From the NCBI GenBank assembly GCA_965219345.1, contig OZ244732.1, positions 1,792,001 to 1,856,000 on the forward strand: a stretch of 64,000 bases of DNA. Reading direction: 5' to 3'. Of this stretch, positions 40,652 to 50,769 are shown piece by piece (within the stretch, counting starts at the first letter, position 1; every line of letters begins with the position of its first letter). The position numbers and the translations under genes were made by a program. The notes below the pieces were generated by a model, which saw nothing but the letters and a program-made list of their open reading frames with translations, ran no database searches and was not told where the DNA came from. The stretch is from Nitrosopumilus sp. Its GTDB lineage: Archaea; Thermoproteota; Nitrososphaeria; Nitrososphaerales; Nitrosopumilaceae.

Positions 40652-41496
40652 TTATCTCTTTTTTGTGGTACTAATTAGATTAAAAGAACCTAAAATTTGT
40701 TCCGTTTTTTTATCTATAAAATCAATATCTTCCTGAGTAAGATAATCTACATACCCCCGGCCTTTCCCTTTCTGGTCTTGAATGAATTACTATCATTTAC
40801 ATCAACTGGTTTTAAGAGATCTGTTTTGAACTCATTACTCTTTTCCATTCTGTGCATGTTATCAAAACTGGAAAATTCAATTGCTTGTGATATTTTTATT
40901 TCATCAAGACCTATACCTAAGAAGCAAAGAAGTTTTTCAAACTCTTTATGCTGATTTTTATGAAAATCATTGTAATTCAAAAGGTAAAAGTCATCAAAAT
41001 TTTGCTTTTCATCAAACCAATATTTGTAAAAGTGAAGAAATGTTTCTAGCCCACCAATATCACTATGGATGTATTCAGAAATGGAGCCCTTAAAATTTGG
41101 ATGACCACCTTGACTCGCCCTTTTTGTTTTCTGGAAATATGCAGAAACCATAGTATCTTTTGGATCACGAAAAAGTAAAACTATTTTTTTTCCGTAAAAC
41201 CTTTTCTTCTCTTTTGAAAGATCTTGAACTGTACACCATATAGGCTTGATAAAATCATGGGTGAAAATTATTTTTGGAGCGTTAGGATGTAAGGTTAGAA
41301 AATTGAAGTTAGTTGGATCTAATAGTAAATTATAATACAGTTGGCAATATCTCATTAGCAGAACTCTAAACCAAGTCCTACCTGTCTTTGCAAATGACGT
41401 GAAAATAACATCACTTTGTTTCAATGCAAGATTATCAAGATAGTATTTTCCGCTTTCAGTCTTTTTCAGAATTTTTTTAATGAATGACTTGCTCAA
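40652..41496 (-). CDS. PAPS-dependent sulfotransferase, frameshifted near the 3' end (as sequenced, stops at 40747)
   Basis: TSFAKTGRTW (5'-PSB), FRDPKDTMVSAY (3'-PB), SFDNM, RKGKAGG; adding one G to the G5 run continues GYVDYLTQEDIDFI to TAA at 40652. Confidence 0.85.
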
Positions 41497-41689
41497 TATT
41501 TCTCACCTTTTGCTGTCTATTCATCAAAAATTCTTTTTTAATCATCTTTAATACAATTCCTGAGACTTACCATTATACAAATGCTTTATTCACGTCCCTA
41601 TTTAGAAAAATAAAACTACATTTTTCTTTCAAGTTTTTCTAAATTTACATTGGGCTTTTACACCACTTAATGCTTGCTTTAATCCCATC

Positions 41690-41716
41690 TTCATAACTAG
41701 TTTGTTTGTATAGTCT
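41690..41716. repeat. 27-bp direct repeat, right copy
   Basis: Identical to 40599-40625. Confidence 0.95.
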
Positions 41717-42350
41717 TCATCTGATCAATGTTCCCATAAAATTCATCAATAAATGAAGAAAATTGGAAAATAGGAACTATGGGTACGCTTTGAATAAAAT
41801 CTACTTTATCTTGATATAGTGTAACAATTACAGGTACAGCGATTGCCCCCCGAGTTTTTTCAACGTAGTGTTTTGTTCTTTCAATCTGTTTTTTGACAAC
41901 AGTTGTTAATGATGAAACGCTGTAACGCTTCCAATGCTTACAATCAATTAAAATTGCAATACCCAATCGAATACCAATAATATCAATTTCCATTCTAGGT
42001 TTGGTCAAAATCATGTTCTTGATTACTGCAAAATCTTTTGAAGCCAAAATTGCTGCAGTCAAACCTTCAAAATCTTTCCAATCTAATGCAACCGAAATTT
42101 CATCGATAGGAAATCCGTTTTCAAGTAATGCAGCAGCAATTTTTAATTTATCACCATCTTCAAAATAATATGAATTATCTTGTTTTGTTCCAATATTGTT
42201 TTTTGTGAATTCATCTAAAATTATTTCAGAGTCTATAACATTCAGTTTTGTAACAGCAGAAAAATCTTCAACTGAAATTCCGCCTGAAATAATTCCTTGT
42301 AACCCAATAATCATTTTAGGATGAATTTTCAACTCCATATTTTGATTCAT
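41697..42350 (-). CDS. Restriction endonuclease-like (Mrr/NERD-type PD-(D/E)xK) protein
   Basis: LDWKDFEGL, EIDIIG...LIDCKHW. Confidence 0.75.
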   Translation of the reverse strand: MNQNMELKIHPKMIIGLQGIISGGISVEDFSAVTKLNVIDSEIILDEFTKNNIGTKQDNSYYFEDGDKLKIAAALLENGFPIDEISVALDWKDFEGLTAAILASKDFAVIKNMILTKPRMEIDIIGIRLGIAILIDCKHWKRYSVSSLTTVVKKQIERTKHYVEKTRGAIAVPVIVTLYQDKVDFIQSVPIVPIFQFSSFIDEFYGNIDQMKTIQTN

Positions 42351-42431
42351 ACGGGCGATATAGGTTTTATGAGCTAATAACTTCAGAGTGTTATGATATA
42401 GATTTTATTACAAGCATTTTAAATTAGGATT

Positions 42432-44888
42432 ATGAAAAAATTGCTAGTTCTCATACTAGCTCTTTCAATTGTAACTATAATGTATAATGAGTCATTTGCA
42501 GAAAAAAGCACATTTTTTGATTCAGTGAAATTCATTCAGTATCTAGATGAAAATACAGCATTAGAAGAAGTACGAAATGGAAATCTAGATGTTTACTATT
42601 ACACAATTTCATCAGACAGATTAGAAAATTATAAGGCAAGAGAGGGGTTACAGGTTTTTGATTCTACAGGAGGGTCATATAGTATTCTAGTTAATCCTGC
42701 AGAATCTGAAGAATTCAATCCATTTTCAAGCAGAGATATCAGATTTGCTCTAAATTATTTGATAGATAGAAAGTTAATTGTAAATGAGTTGATGGGCGGA
42801 TACGGATCTCCAATCATTTCTTACTATAGCCCATCAGACCCAGAATATCTTACAGTTATCGAACAGCTAGAGGCATTTAATTTCAAATATAATCCTGTCC
42901 TTGCAGAAGAAATCATCTCCAGAGTACTAAAAGAAAAAGGAGCTGTCAAAATTGATGATAAATGGCATATTGATGCAAGCCCAATAGAAATTACAATTTT
43001 CATTAGAAGTGATGATACTGTTAGAAAATCAATAGGTGAGATTTTGGCAGCTGAATTACAAAAAATTGGATTTACAATCAAGAAGGATTTTGGAGATCTT
43101 AACAAAGCATTTGTTGTCGTATATGGTTCAAATCCTTCTGATTTGAAGTGGAGTTTATACACTGAAGGTTGGGGACGTTCTGCATTTGTAAGATATGATT
43201 CTGTAGGACTAGGACAAATGTATTCTCCATGGTTTTCAACCATGCCAGGATTTAATGATCCATCATACTGGAATTACAAAAATGATAGAATAGATGCACT
43301 AACTCAGAAAATATACACGGGAGGTTTTGAGTCATCAGAAAAAAGATCACAGTTAATTCAAGAGGCAGTTGTTGAAGGAGTCAATGAATCTGTTAGAATT
43401 TTTTTGGCAAGTAAAATTGATCAATATGTCGCAAATGAAAAAGTTGAGGGGATAGTTAATGACTTTGGCGCAGGAGTTCCAAGTAGATTTACTCCCATTA
43501 ATGCTCAAAGTAATAACGATGAGTTTGTAATCGGCGTAAAGCAAATCTATCAAGGCGCATGGAATCCAGTCATGGGGCTGACCGATAGTTATAGTAGACA
43601 TATTTGGGGAATAATTTCAGATCCTGGAACATTCAAGCATCCTTTTACAGGAGAAACATTCCCTATTAGAGCAGAATGGCAAGTTGAAACTGCAGGACCA
43701 GATGAGAAACTAACTGTTCCTCCAGAGGCAATAATTTGGAATCCTTATTTTCAAAAATGGGACAGTATTACTGCAGGTACACTTGCAACAAGTAAAGTAA
43801 CATTTGATTTTAAATTCAGTAACTGGCATAATGGACAAAAGATGGATATCAATGATATTCTACATTCACTATATTTCACAATAGAATGGGGAACTCAAAC
43901 TGATGAGAATGATAGAACTTTTGACACAGAATTTACTCCAAGAACTTCGCAAATCATTCAAGCAATCATTGGAGTGAATCCAATTGATGATGATACAATT
44001 GAAGTTTACGTGGATTATTGGCATTTTGATGAGGGGGAAATAGCGGATTGGGCAGTACTGTGGAATTCAATGCCATGGGAAATTTCATCTGCGATGGAGA
44101 AAGCAGTCACAGATGGAAAAGTGTCATTTTCGAGATCTGGTGCTACAAGTAAAAATGTAAACTGGTTATCACTGATTATTCCAACAGATGCAAATCTTAT
44201 CAAAGAGTATTTGCAAGAATTCAAAGATTCCAACTACATTCCCGAATCATTAAAAGAAAATTATCAGAATTCTCAATACTTTCAAAACAGATATGATTCT
44301 TCAATAAAATGGATTGAAGCGAACAATCATGCAGTGATTAGTAATGGTCCATTTTATCTAAAATCATATTCACCAGAATCACGAACAATTTCAGTCAGTG
44401 CATTCAATGATGATTCATACCCATTTAAGATTGGAGAATGGGCAGAATTTGAAAAAGCTGAGTTCCCAACCATCAAGAACATAGAAATGAAAAATATCAT
44501 TCAAAGGGGAGAAGAATTGGAAATTGGAGTAGAAGCTGAACACTCAGATTCAATTCTATACTTTTTGATTAATAGTGAAGGAAGGGTGATATCATCAGAG
44601 ACGCTCAAAATTGATGCAAATAGTAATACCATTACTGTGCCATCAGAGAATACGAAAGATTTCGGAATAGGGGCAAACAATGTCAAGATATTTGCAATTT
44701 CAAATTCTGTGCTAAAACCAGATTTTTATGAATCAAGTTTTCTTGTGACAGATGCCAAAGCAGAATTACCAACTAGTTTGTCTACCAACATAGAATTTAC
44801 TGAAGACAAATCAGAGTATTGGATTTGGATAATACTAATACCGTTCTTGATTGGTATAGGGATTTATCTTAAGAAGAGACATCTATAG
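42432..44888 (+). CDS. ABC transporter substrate-binding protein (family 5-like), membrane anchored
   Basis: Signal peptide, NPFSSRDIRFALNYLIDR, ISNGPFYL, C-terminal TM with basic tail. Confidence 0.85.
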   Translation: MKKLLVLILALSIVTIMYNESFAEKSTFFDSVKFIQYLDENTALEEVRNGNLDVYYYTISSDRLENYKAREGLQVFDSTGGSYSILVNPAESEEFNPFSSRDIRFALNYLIDRKLIVNELMGGYGSPIISYYSPSDPEYLTVIEQLEAFNFKYNPVLAEEIISRVLKEKGAVKIDDKWHIDASPIEITIFIRSDDTVRKSIGEILAAELQKIGFTIKKDFGDLNKAFVVVYGSNPSDLKWSLYTEGWGRSAFVRYDSVGLGQMYSPWFSTMPGFNDPSYWNYKNDRIDALTQKIYTGGFESSEKRSQLIQEAVVEGVNESVRIFLASKIDQYVANEKVEGIVNDFGAGVPSRFTPINAQSNNDEFVIGVKQIYQGAWNPVMGLTDSYSRHIWGIISDPGTFKHPFTGETFPIRAEWQVETAGPDEKLTVPPEAIIWNPYFQKWDSITAGTLATSKVTFDFKFSNWHNGQKMDINDILHSLYFTIEWGTQTDENDRTFDTEFTPRTSQIIQAIIGVNPIDDDTIEVYVDYWHFDEGEIADWAVLWNSMPWEISSAMEKAVTDGKVSFSRSGATSKNVNWLSLIIPTDANLIKEYLQEFKDSNYIPESLKENYQNSQYFQNRYDSSIKWIEANNHAVISNGPFYLKSYSPESRTISVSAFNDDSYPFKIGEWAEFEKAEFPTIKNIEMKNIIQRGEELEIGVEAEHSDSILYFLINSEGRVISSETLKIDANSNTITVPSENTKDFGIGANNVKIFAISNSVLKPDFYESSFLVTDAKAELPTSLSTNIEFTEDKSEYWIWIILIPFLIGIGIYLKKRHL

Positions 44889-45383
44889 TAATCCAAAATC
44901 TTTTAAAATTGATTCTATTTGATCTTCACTTTCAAGTTTTGAATATTCATCCAAGAGATTTTGATTAAGTTCGTAGAAAGTATGTCCCCATTTGAATTTA
45001 TCAAGTAATTCTAGACCTTGTTCTTTGAAACCTAAAATAAATAATGAAGCAGATAATGCTTCTGCAGTTGTCAGTTTGTTAGGTTTTGTATAATTCACAG
45101 GATTTCCTGCAAGTAATGGTGGAAGTTTTCGTTTAATGCCATTAAATTTTTTAGAAAATATTTGATCTGTCCGATTCCAGGAGCAATCAATTCCAACAAT
45201 AGAGTTAATTAAAAATTTATCTTTAGGCAGCAGGATCTTTTCAGAAAAAGGATCTAAAACTAATCCTTTTTTACCAATCTTTTTGATGTTTTGAGCAAGG
45301 CCAAATTTCACCATCTTTGCGGCTGTACACTTTTTTGGATCATCTTGAAAAAACATTAAAACTTGTAACTTCATGTCACTCAA
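44883..45383 (-). CDS. tsr3: 16S rRNA aminocarboxypropyltransferase Tsr3 (DUF367)
   Basis: DDPKKCTA, IDCSW, RKLPPLLAGNPVNY, LTTAEA, FKWGHTF. Confidence 0.9.
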   Translation of the reverse strand: MSDMKLQVLMFFQDDPKKCTAAKMVKFGLAQNIKKIGKKGLVLDPFSEKILLPKDKFLINSIVGIDCSWNRTDQIFSKKFNGIKRKLPPLLAGNPVNYTKPNKLTTAEALSASLFILGFKEQGLELLDKFKWGHTFYELNQNLLDEYSKLESEDQIESILKDFGLL

Positions 45384-45408
45384 GTATGAAATGAATGATA
45401 TTTTGAAT

Positions 45409-48400
45409 TTACTCTAGAGTTTTGTATGTGACTTTATAATAGAATCGTGAAACTTGATCATCCTTGATGACTTCAATGTTCCAATTTGCGTCAGGCAAAA
45501 ATTCTGTGGAGGATTCAGGTAGAATGCTGAATTTTTCTAGGCGTACATCTGGACCGCTATATCTAACATTAAGGCTAATTCCATCAACTTCAACAACATC
45601 ATAGATTTGGCCTTGTTTTCTTGTAGATTCTTTAACTAAACAATCAACATCAGGGCCAATAATACATGTACCAGTTGCAGATGATATCTTAAGATTAACA
45701 TTTGATTCATCTGTCCTTGAAGTTGTCAACAAAGAACCAGAAAGAACTCTAGGGGCAATACTTGAATTATCAGCAATTTTTTCCTCAGCGAATATAGAAA
45801 TTATTTTTTCAGAGATTCGGTTTTCTTTTTCAATCACAGTATTCAATTTTAGAGTTTGAGGTTTTTCAATTACATCAAATTGGATTCGCTTTATCTCAAA
45901 TCCAGCATCAACGGTTACTTCATACGACCCAACAGCAGATACAGAATTAGGAATTACAAATTCATGAGTAAATGAAACAGAAGGACTTGGAAGGATTGAA
46001 GTTACAGGACCAGCATGTATTCCACAGCTATAATTAGTACATGTAATCTCAGTGTCTGCTTTTTGAATAATACTTACGTCAAATTTTTCAAGATAGGTTG
46101 GGTTGTTTGGGATTCCACTAATTATTACTGTGTCACCAGTATGATATTCTGATTTATCCGTAAAAACTAAAAGAGTCAATGGATCATCAGGATTAAAAAC
46201 AAGATCATTAGCTACACCAAATGTTGCTTCAGCACTAGTAGTGGTGTAAAGTGCTTTTACAGTATAGGTTCCTTCAGTAAAAATTGTAAGAGGTAATTCA
46301 AAGATACTTGAGAACTCACCACCATGGTTTGGATAAACAGAAGATTCATGAATTTGGGCATATGGGAAAGTACCATCAAGCACTCTGATATGTACTCTTT
46401 CTGGAACAACCAATCCTTGATCACCTTGTTCACGTTGGATAAGATTTCCAATTACTTTTAATTTTTCACCAGCCTTGTACAATGGCTTTTCTGTAGTTAC
46501 AATGAGAGGTGTTTTTGAAAGGGAGTCATTTTCAGGATCTAAAGAAACTTTGAAGAGAAGATCCATATCAAGGGAGTCAGCTGTAATCTTAATTTTGTAA
46601 ATTCCAAAGTTTGATTTTGTTACATCTCTTCCATCATCAGTTTTAATGATTTTTTCAATTAAAGGAGTAGTCCAGGACCATGAGATACGTTGGTCATCAA
46701 TAATAGTGCCAGAATGTATCATAGTTCCATCAGACTTTGTCAACAAAATATCAAGATGTCTCGCACCAGTAGAAGGAAGTAATCCAGTTAGAAGTACAGT
46801 TTCACCAGGACCGTACACTTCCTTATCAAGTGAAACATACTCATTCAAATCAGGATCAAAGACTGTAAAAGTTTTTGTTGCAGTCTCATCCAAATATTGG
46901 GCCTTTACAACATAGTTTCCATCGGCAAAGATATTTTTAGCAACATCGATTTGAACTGAATATTTTCCTGAAGTTTCAGGAATTGCTGTATAGCCAAGGG
47001 CAACATCAAAGCTGCCAGTTGATAACGATTGTTCTTTTGACCAGCCGGAAATTTCTAGAGGGGCACCATCTTCATGATTAATGGAAAGTTTTACAAAAGC
47101 TCCAGTTTCATAATTTGTATTTGAAAATGGATCTTTGATAAATCCACTAATGGCCATTACATCATCAATTTCATAAATTTCTTTATCAGAAAGGATTGTC
47201 AATGGTTCATCAGAAGCAACAAATTCATCAGGGTTAGTAACTACATGAATAATTTTAGTTGCAGAACCAACATTCTTTGAGACACTAATTTTGTAATCAC
47301 CTAATCTAATCTCATCGTTTGGAAGTGTGAAAGAGTAACTAAAAGAGCTATCCCCCATAACTGTTAATTCTGCTTGTATTTTAAATCCAGATGCACTTCC
47401 AGAAGATGAAGTTACAACTGCAGATTGTTTCGTATCTATAATCTCCAAGTTTAATGAATTAACCCAAACTTGGTTAACTCTACCAGTAATTTTTACTTCT
47501 TCGCCTAGACCATAAGCCTCTTTATCAGTCCAAAGTGAAATTGGTACGGATTCTTTAAAGTCCTCGACTACGTCGAAAGTTGTTAAAGCAGCTTTATCAA
47601 AATATTCAGCAACAATCTCATAAGTTCCATAGTTAGGTTTTACAGTTGTAAGGAAAACACTAGTTGTAAATTCGCCGTTAGTTGGAAAGAGAGTTCCGGT
47701 ATAGATTATTTGGTTCTGGGAATCTTTGACAGAAAATTTCATTCCCTGAAATGGAATTATTTCTGTGGCAACACCAGTTATCGAAACTTGTTGTCCTGGA
47801 AGGTATTGAGTTTCATCAGTGGCGATACTAAATGAACCAGCTTCTTTTGTTTCTTGTTCAACTATTTCAGTACCTACTGAGAAATTTGTGTTTGTTGTAG
47901 ATCCAGCATAGTTAACAGATACATCAAAAGTTCCTTCTTCGATTCCAAGAACTTGATGTAAACTAACTGTTGTCTCATAATTTAGATTTAGATCAGGATA
48001 CAGAGATACGATGTCGTAAAAGTTACCGCCAGAGATAGTAACTGTAATTGGTTCAGGTTTAAACTCTGGTTTTACAGGAGTAGATACTTCTGAAACACTT
48101 CCTGCAATAATTGCTACATCACCAAATAGATAAGAAGATTTGTCTGATGAAACTGTTACAGTAATTTCTTTGGATTCTTGCATTTCGATTAGTTTTCCAT
48201 TTGATAGCCCCGCCGTAGATTGCGCAAATTTCCAATCATCAGAACTATCCGAGTCATAACCATCATAGATTCTCTGCCATGATGTAATGTCACTTTGAAT
48301 ATCAGAAATTAAAGGAGTTTTATCAATAACAATTCCATTTTCATCTCTGAGTTCAACAGATTCACCATTATCTGTAAACCAAACTTTTGCATAAGGATAT

Positions 48401-48678
48401 GTTAAGAATTCTCCTGACTTAATTATTGTACCAGAAGAGATGGTCATTGTTTTTTTAAGAACAGTTGTAGATGCAATTTCCCAACCACCTAAATCAATAT
48501 CAGAATCAGTAGGATTGTAAAGTTCAACCCATTCAGATATAGTTGCCGCATCATTTCCAAGGGGGTTAGTGTCTACCTCATTAATTACAACATTTTCAGG
48601 ATTTGCCTGAGCGTATGCAGGAACTATAACTCCTACAAGTAAGAACATAGAAAATACAATTGACAGGTTCCGATTCAT
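45409..48678 (-). CDS. Secreted lamin-tail-domain protein with repeated Ig-like beta modules
   Basis: Signal peptide; VVINEV..EWVELYNPT..DLGGW (LTD); repeated TDKxxYxxGDxVxIxG modules. Confidence 0.85.
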   Translation of the reverse strand: MNRNLSIVFSMFLLVGVIVPAYAQANPENVVINEVDTNPLGNDAATISEWVELYNPTDSDIDLGGWEIASTTVLKKTMTISSGTIIKSGEFLTYPYAKVWFTDNGESVELRDENGIVIDKTPLISDIQSDITSWQRIYDGYDSDSSDDWKFAQSTAGLSNGKLIEMQESKEITVTVSSDKSSYLFGDVAIIAGSVSEVSTPVKPEFKPEPITVTISGGNFYDIVSLYPDLNLNYETTVSLHQVLGIEEGTFDVSVNYAGSTTNTNFSVGTEIVEQETKEAGSFSIATDETQYLPGQQVSITGVATEIIPFQGMKFSVKDSQNQIIYTGTLFPTNGEFTTSVFLTTVKPNYGTYEIVAEYFDKAALTTFDVVEDFKESVPISLWTDKEAYGLGEEVKITGRVNQVWVNSLNLEIIDTKQSAVVTSSSGSASGFKIQAELTVMGDSSFSYSFTLPNDEIRLGDYKISVSKNVGSATKIIHVVTNPDEFVASDEPLTILSDKEIYEIDDVMAISGFIKDPFSNTNYETGAFVKLSINHEDGAPLEISGWSKEQSLSTGSFDVALGYTAIPETSGKYSVQIDVAKNIFADGNYVVKAQYLDETATKTFTVFDPDLNEYVSLDKEVYGPGETVLLTGLLPSTGARHLDILLTKSDGTMIHSGTIIDDQRISWSWTTPLIEKIIKTDDGRDVTKSNFGIYKIKITADSLDMDLLFKVSLDPENDSLSKTPLIVTTEKPLYKAGEKLKVIGNLIQREQGDQGLVVPERVHIRVLDGTFPYAQIHESSVYPNHGGEFSSIFELPLTIFTEGTYTVKALYTTTSAEATFGVANDLVFNPDDPLTLLVFTDKSEYHTGDTVIISGIPNNPTYLEKFDVSIIQKADTEITCTNYSCGIHAGPVTSILPSPSVSFTHEFVIPNSVSAVGSYEVTVDAGFEIKRIQFDVIEKPQTLKLNTVIEKENRISEKIISIFAEEKIADNSSIAPRVLSGSLLTTSRTDESNVNLKISSATGTCIIGPDVDCLVKESTRKQGQIYDVVEVDGISLNVRYSGPDVRLEKFSILPESSTEFLPDANWNIEVIKDDQVSRFYYKVTYKTLE

Positions 48679-49084
48679 TACTGTTTCCTGATTTGTTTGG
48701 CTAAAGGACTCATTTTAGAATGAAATTGAGGAAAAGTTGAGCTTATTGTTAAAGTTGACCTCAAAAATCTAACTTTATGGGCATTTTTTATGCGTAAAAT
48801 AGGTGTTTTTTGCCTTATATGAGATCCGTAGGAATAATTCTTGAATATTCAAGTTTTTAATTCTTTTTTTGATTTCATTCATTTCTATAAATGTAGATTC
48901 TATTCTTTTTTCAATGTCCTCAAAATCTTTTTTGTTAATTTGTTTTTTCAATTATAACTTGCCGAACTGTGGGAATCACATCACATAAAAATCACATGTG
49001 TTGTTGGAACAGGTTTTTAGATATATCCTATTTAATTATAGTCTCTATATCCTATTTTTCTCTTCCAAAGGAAGAAAATAAATC

Positions 49085-49304
49085 TTAGATATTTTTAATT
49101 TTTTCCAAAACGACGTTAAAATCAAAGGGTTTTGGAATAAAAGTAGAAGCACCAGCTGCAAGGCAATCATCAACCATCTTCTTGCTGTCAGCTGCACTCA
49201 ACATGATTATCTTGGCATTTGGATCGGTTTCTTTGATTTCTTTGAGAGCTGTCAAACCATCTTTCTTTGGCATTGTCAAATCTAGTAACAAAACGTCAGG
49301 CTTG
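49085..49304 (-). pseudogene. C-terminal half of a CheY-like response regulator receiver, 5'-truncated
   Basis: KPDVLLLDLTMPKKDG..IIMLSA..FIPKPF; the upstream part of ORF 49085-49465 is not receiver-like. Confidence 0.8.
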
Positions 49305-49465
49305 AGGGAAGTAGACTTTATGCGTAATCGCACTTCCAAATTTTTCGAAAGATTTAGATCCGCCTTGATCGCCGCCACATGCAATGGAGTCCCCCGAACA
49401 GAGCCTCCACGCATTCTGCACGAACAATTACGTGCTGGAAAATATGGTGAAACAAAAAAAATCAT

Positions 49466-50509
49466 TGTAGTATATGAAAAGTCGGTCCGCTAGTCATCTG
49501 TGTCCCTCTCCATCCATTGCGGGTCGCTTTTCCTGATCGTATCGGTAGCCGTCTTGTCCGAGAACGCCATAAGTGGCGTCTGGTAGTTGTCTATGTCAAG
49601 GGAGAAGTGCAGCCTCTCCCCGTTGTAGTATTCCATGTACGCAGACAGGCTCTCGTAGTGCCACAGCTCGTCCTCGACTGTCCTGTGGAACCGCTCCAGT
49701 TTCCCGTTGGTCTGCGGGTGGTGCGGCCTGGAGTTTATCAGCTCGATTCCGCGGTCCAACAGCTCTGCCTCAAAGGCAGTCGGCTTCCACGATTTCGCGG
49801 GCGGCACCTTGCGGCGGCCTCCCCGGCCCACAAAGCACGAGCCATTGTCAGAGAGTATGGTCGCAGGCGTGCCAAAGCACCCTATTGCCTTCCTGAGAAC
49901 AGCCACGGCGTTCTCAGACGTGGCCTGTGTGAATACCTGCGAGGCCACTATGCACCTTGAGGCGTCGTCCAGGTATGTGACCAGCTGCAGGCCCCTGAAC
50001 CTGGGCTCCTTCATCTCGTGCCAGTCGACGTGCCACATGGCGTTGGAATACCTGCGCTCATAGCGTACCCATTTCCGCTTCCTGGATTTTGCAGCAGAGT
50101 GCACCACTGAACCGTTCTTGCTCAATATCCGGTATACTGTCTGGTAGCTTATATCATGGCTCTTCCTGAGGCTCCTAGCCGTGCGCACCACCCCGACTGG
50201 CCTTCTCCCGTGCTCCTCCGTCACCAGCCGCATCTGGGCCGCAGTCGCAAAGGCGCGGGGCCTGCCCATCCTTGCGCGCGTGGTTCCGGTCCCGAGGAAC
50301 CTTGCCCACAGCCTCCTCACGTGCCTTGCAGTGATGCCGAGGTCAGCTGCCACCTTGGACGGTGCCGCCCCGTTTTTGCGCTGCCTTACTAGGTAGCGCC
50401 TGGATTCATCCGTAAGTCTCTTTACCATGGGCTTTCGTGATCGGTACAGCCTAAAATAGTCAGATACCGTCCTCTTGATCCTGCGCGGACCTACTTTCCG
50501 TACAATTGA
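49466..50509 (-). mobile_element. IS481-family insertion sequence (1044 bp) with 16-bp flanking direct repeats
   Basis: Imperfect 25-bp TIRs (TGTAGTATATGAAAAGTCGGTCCGC / GCGGACCTACTTTCCGTACAATTGA); AAACAAAAAAAATCAT at 49450-49465 and 50510-50525; high GC. Confidence 0.88.
49490..50428 (-). CDS. IS481-family DDE transposase (ATG 50428 preferred over 50515)
   Basis: N-terminal HTH; WHVDW, LDDASR, LSDNGSCF, HPQTNGKLERFHRT. Confidence 0.92.
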   Translation of the reverse strand: MVKRLTDESRRYLVRQRKNGAAPSKVAADLGITARHVRRLWARFLGTGTTRARMGRPRAFATAAQMRLVTEEHGRRPVGVVRTARSLRKSHDISYQTVYRILSKNGSVVHSAAKSRKRKWVRYERRYSNAMWHVDWHEMKEPRFRGLQLVTYLDDASRCIVASQVFTQATSENAVAVLRKAIGCFGTPATILSDNGSCFVGRGGRRKVPPAKSWKPTAFEAELLDRGIELINSRPHHPQTNGKLERFHRTVEDELWHYESLSAYMEYYNGERLHFSLDIDNYQTPLMAFSDKTATDTIRKSDPQWMERDTDD

Positions 50510-50639
50510 AAACAAAAAAAATCATCGAAAAAATATTGTATTTGATAAAATGATCCTAATTCACAGGTAAATGCGTCCAATAGTATGGGATGTCACTATT
50601 ACCAATTTTGGTCTGACCTGATATCAAGAAGACATGAAC

Positions 50640-50748
50640 AGTGCCAGGAGGATAATGCGAAGGCTGGGCACGTCTGCCAAGACGGGTCCACATAAACAGG
50701 GCCAGGGCGGACCAAATCAGAAAGTGGCAGCGCAACGCAAAGAGGCGC
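50640..50748 (+). mobile_element. IS630-family transposase remnant
   Basis: Homologous to 55036-55151 (GCCAGGAGGATAATGCG..GTCCACATAAACAGGGC..AACGCAAAGAGGCGC). Confidence 0.75.
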
Positions 50749-50769
50749 AATCTCAATCCTAACACGGGG

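Noticed and set aside
49085-49465. Intact 126-aa response regulator
   Set aside because: The N-terminal ~53 aa are unrelated island sequence; the receiver's first strand and acidic pair are missing.
49517-50396. Several plus-strand ORFs within IS481 (and similar ones within IS5 and IS630)
   Set aside because: GC-rich antisense or alternative-frame shadows of transposases.
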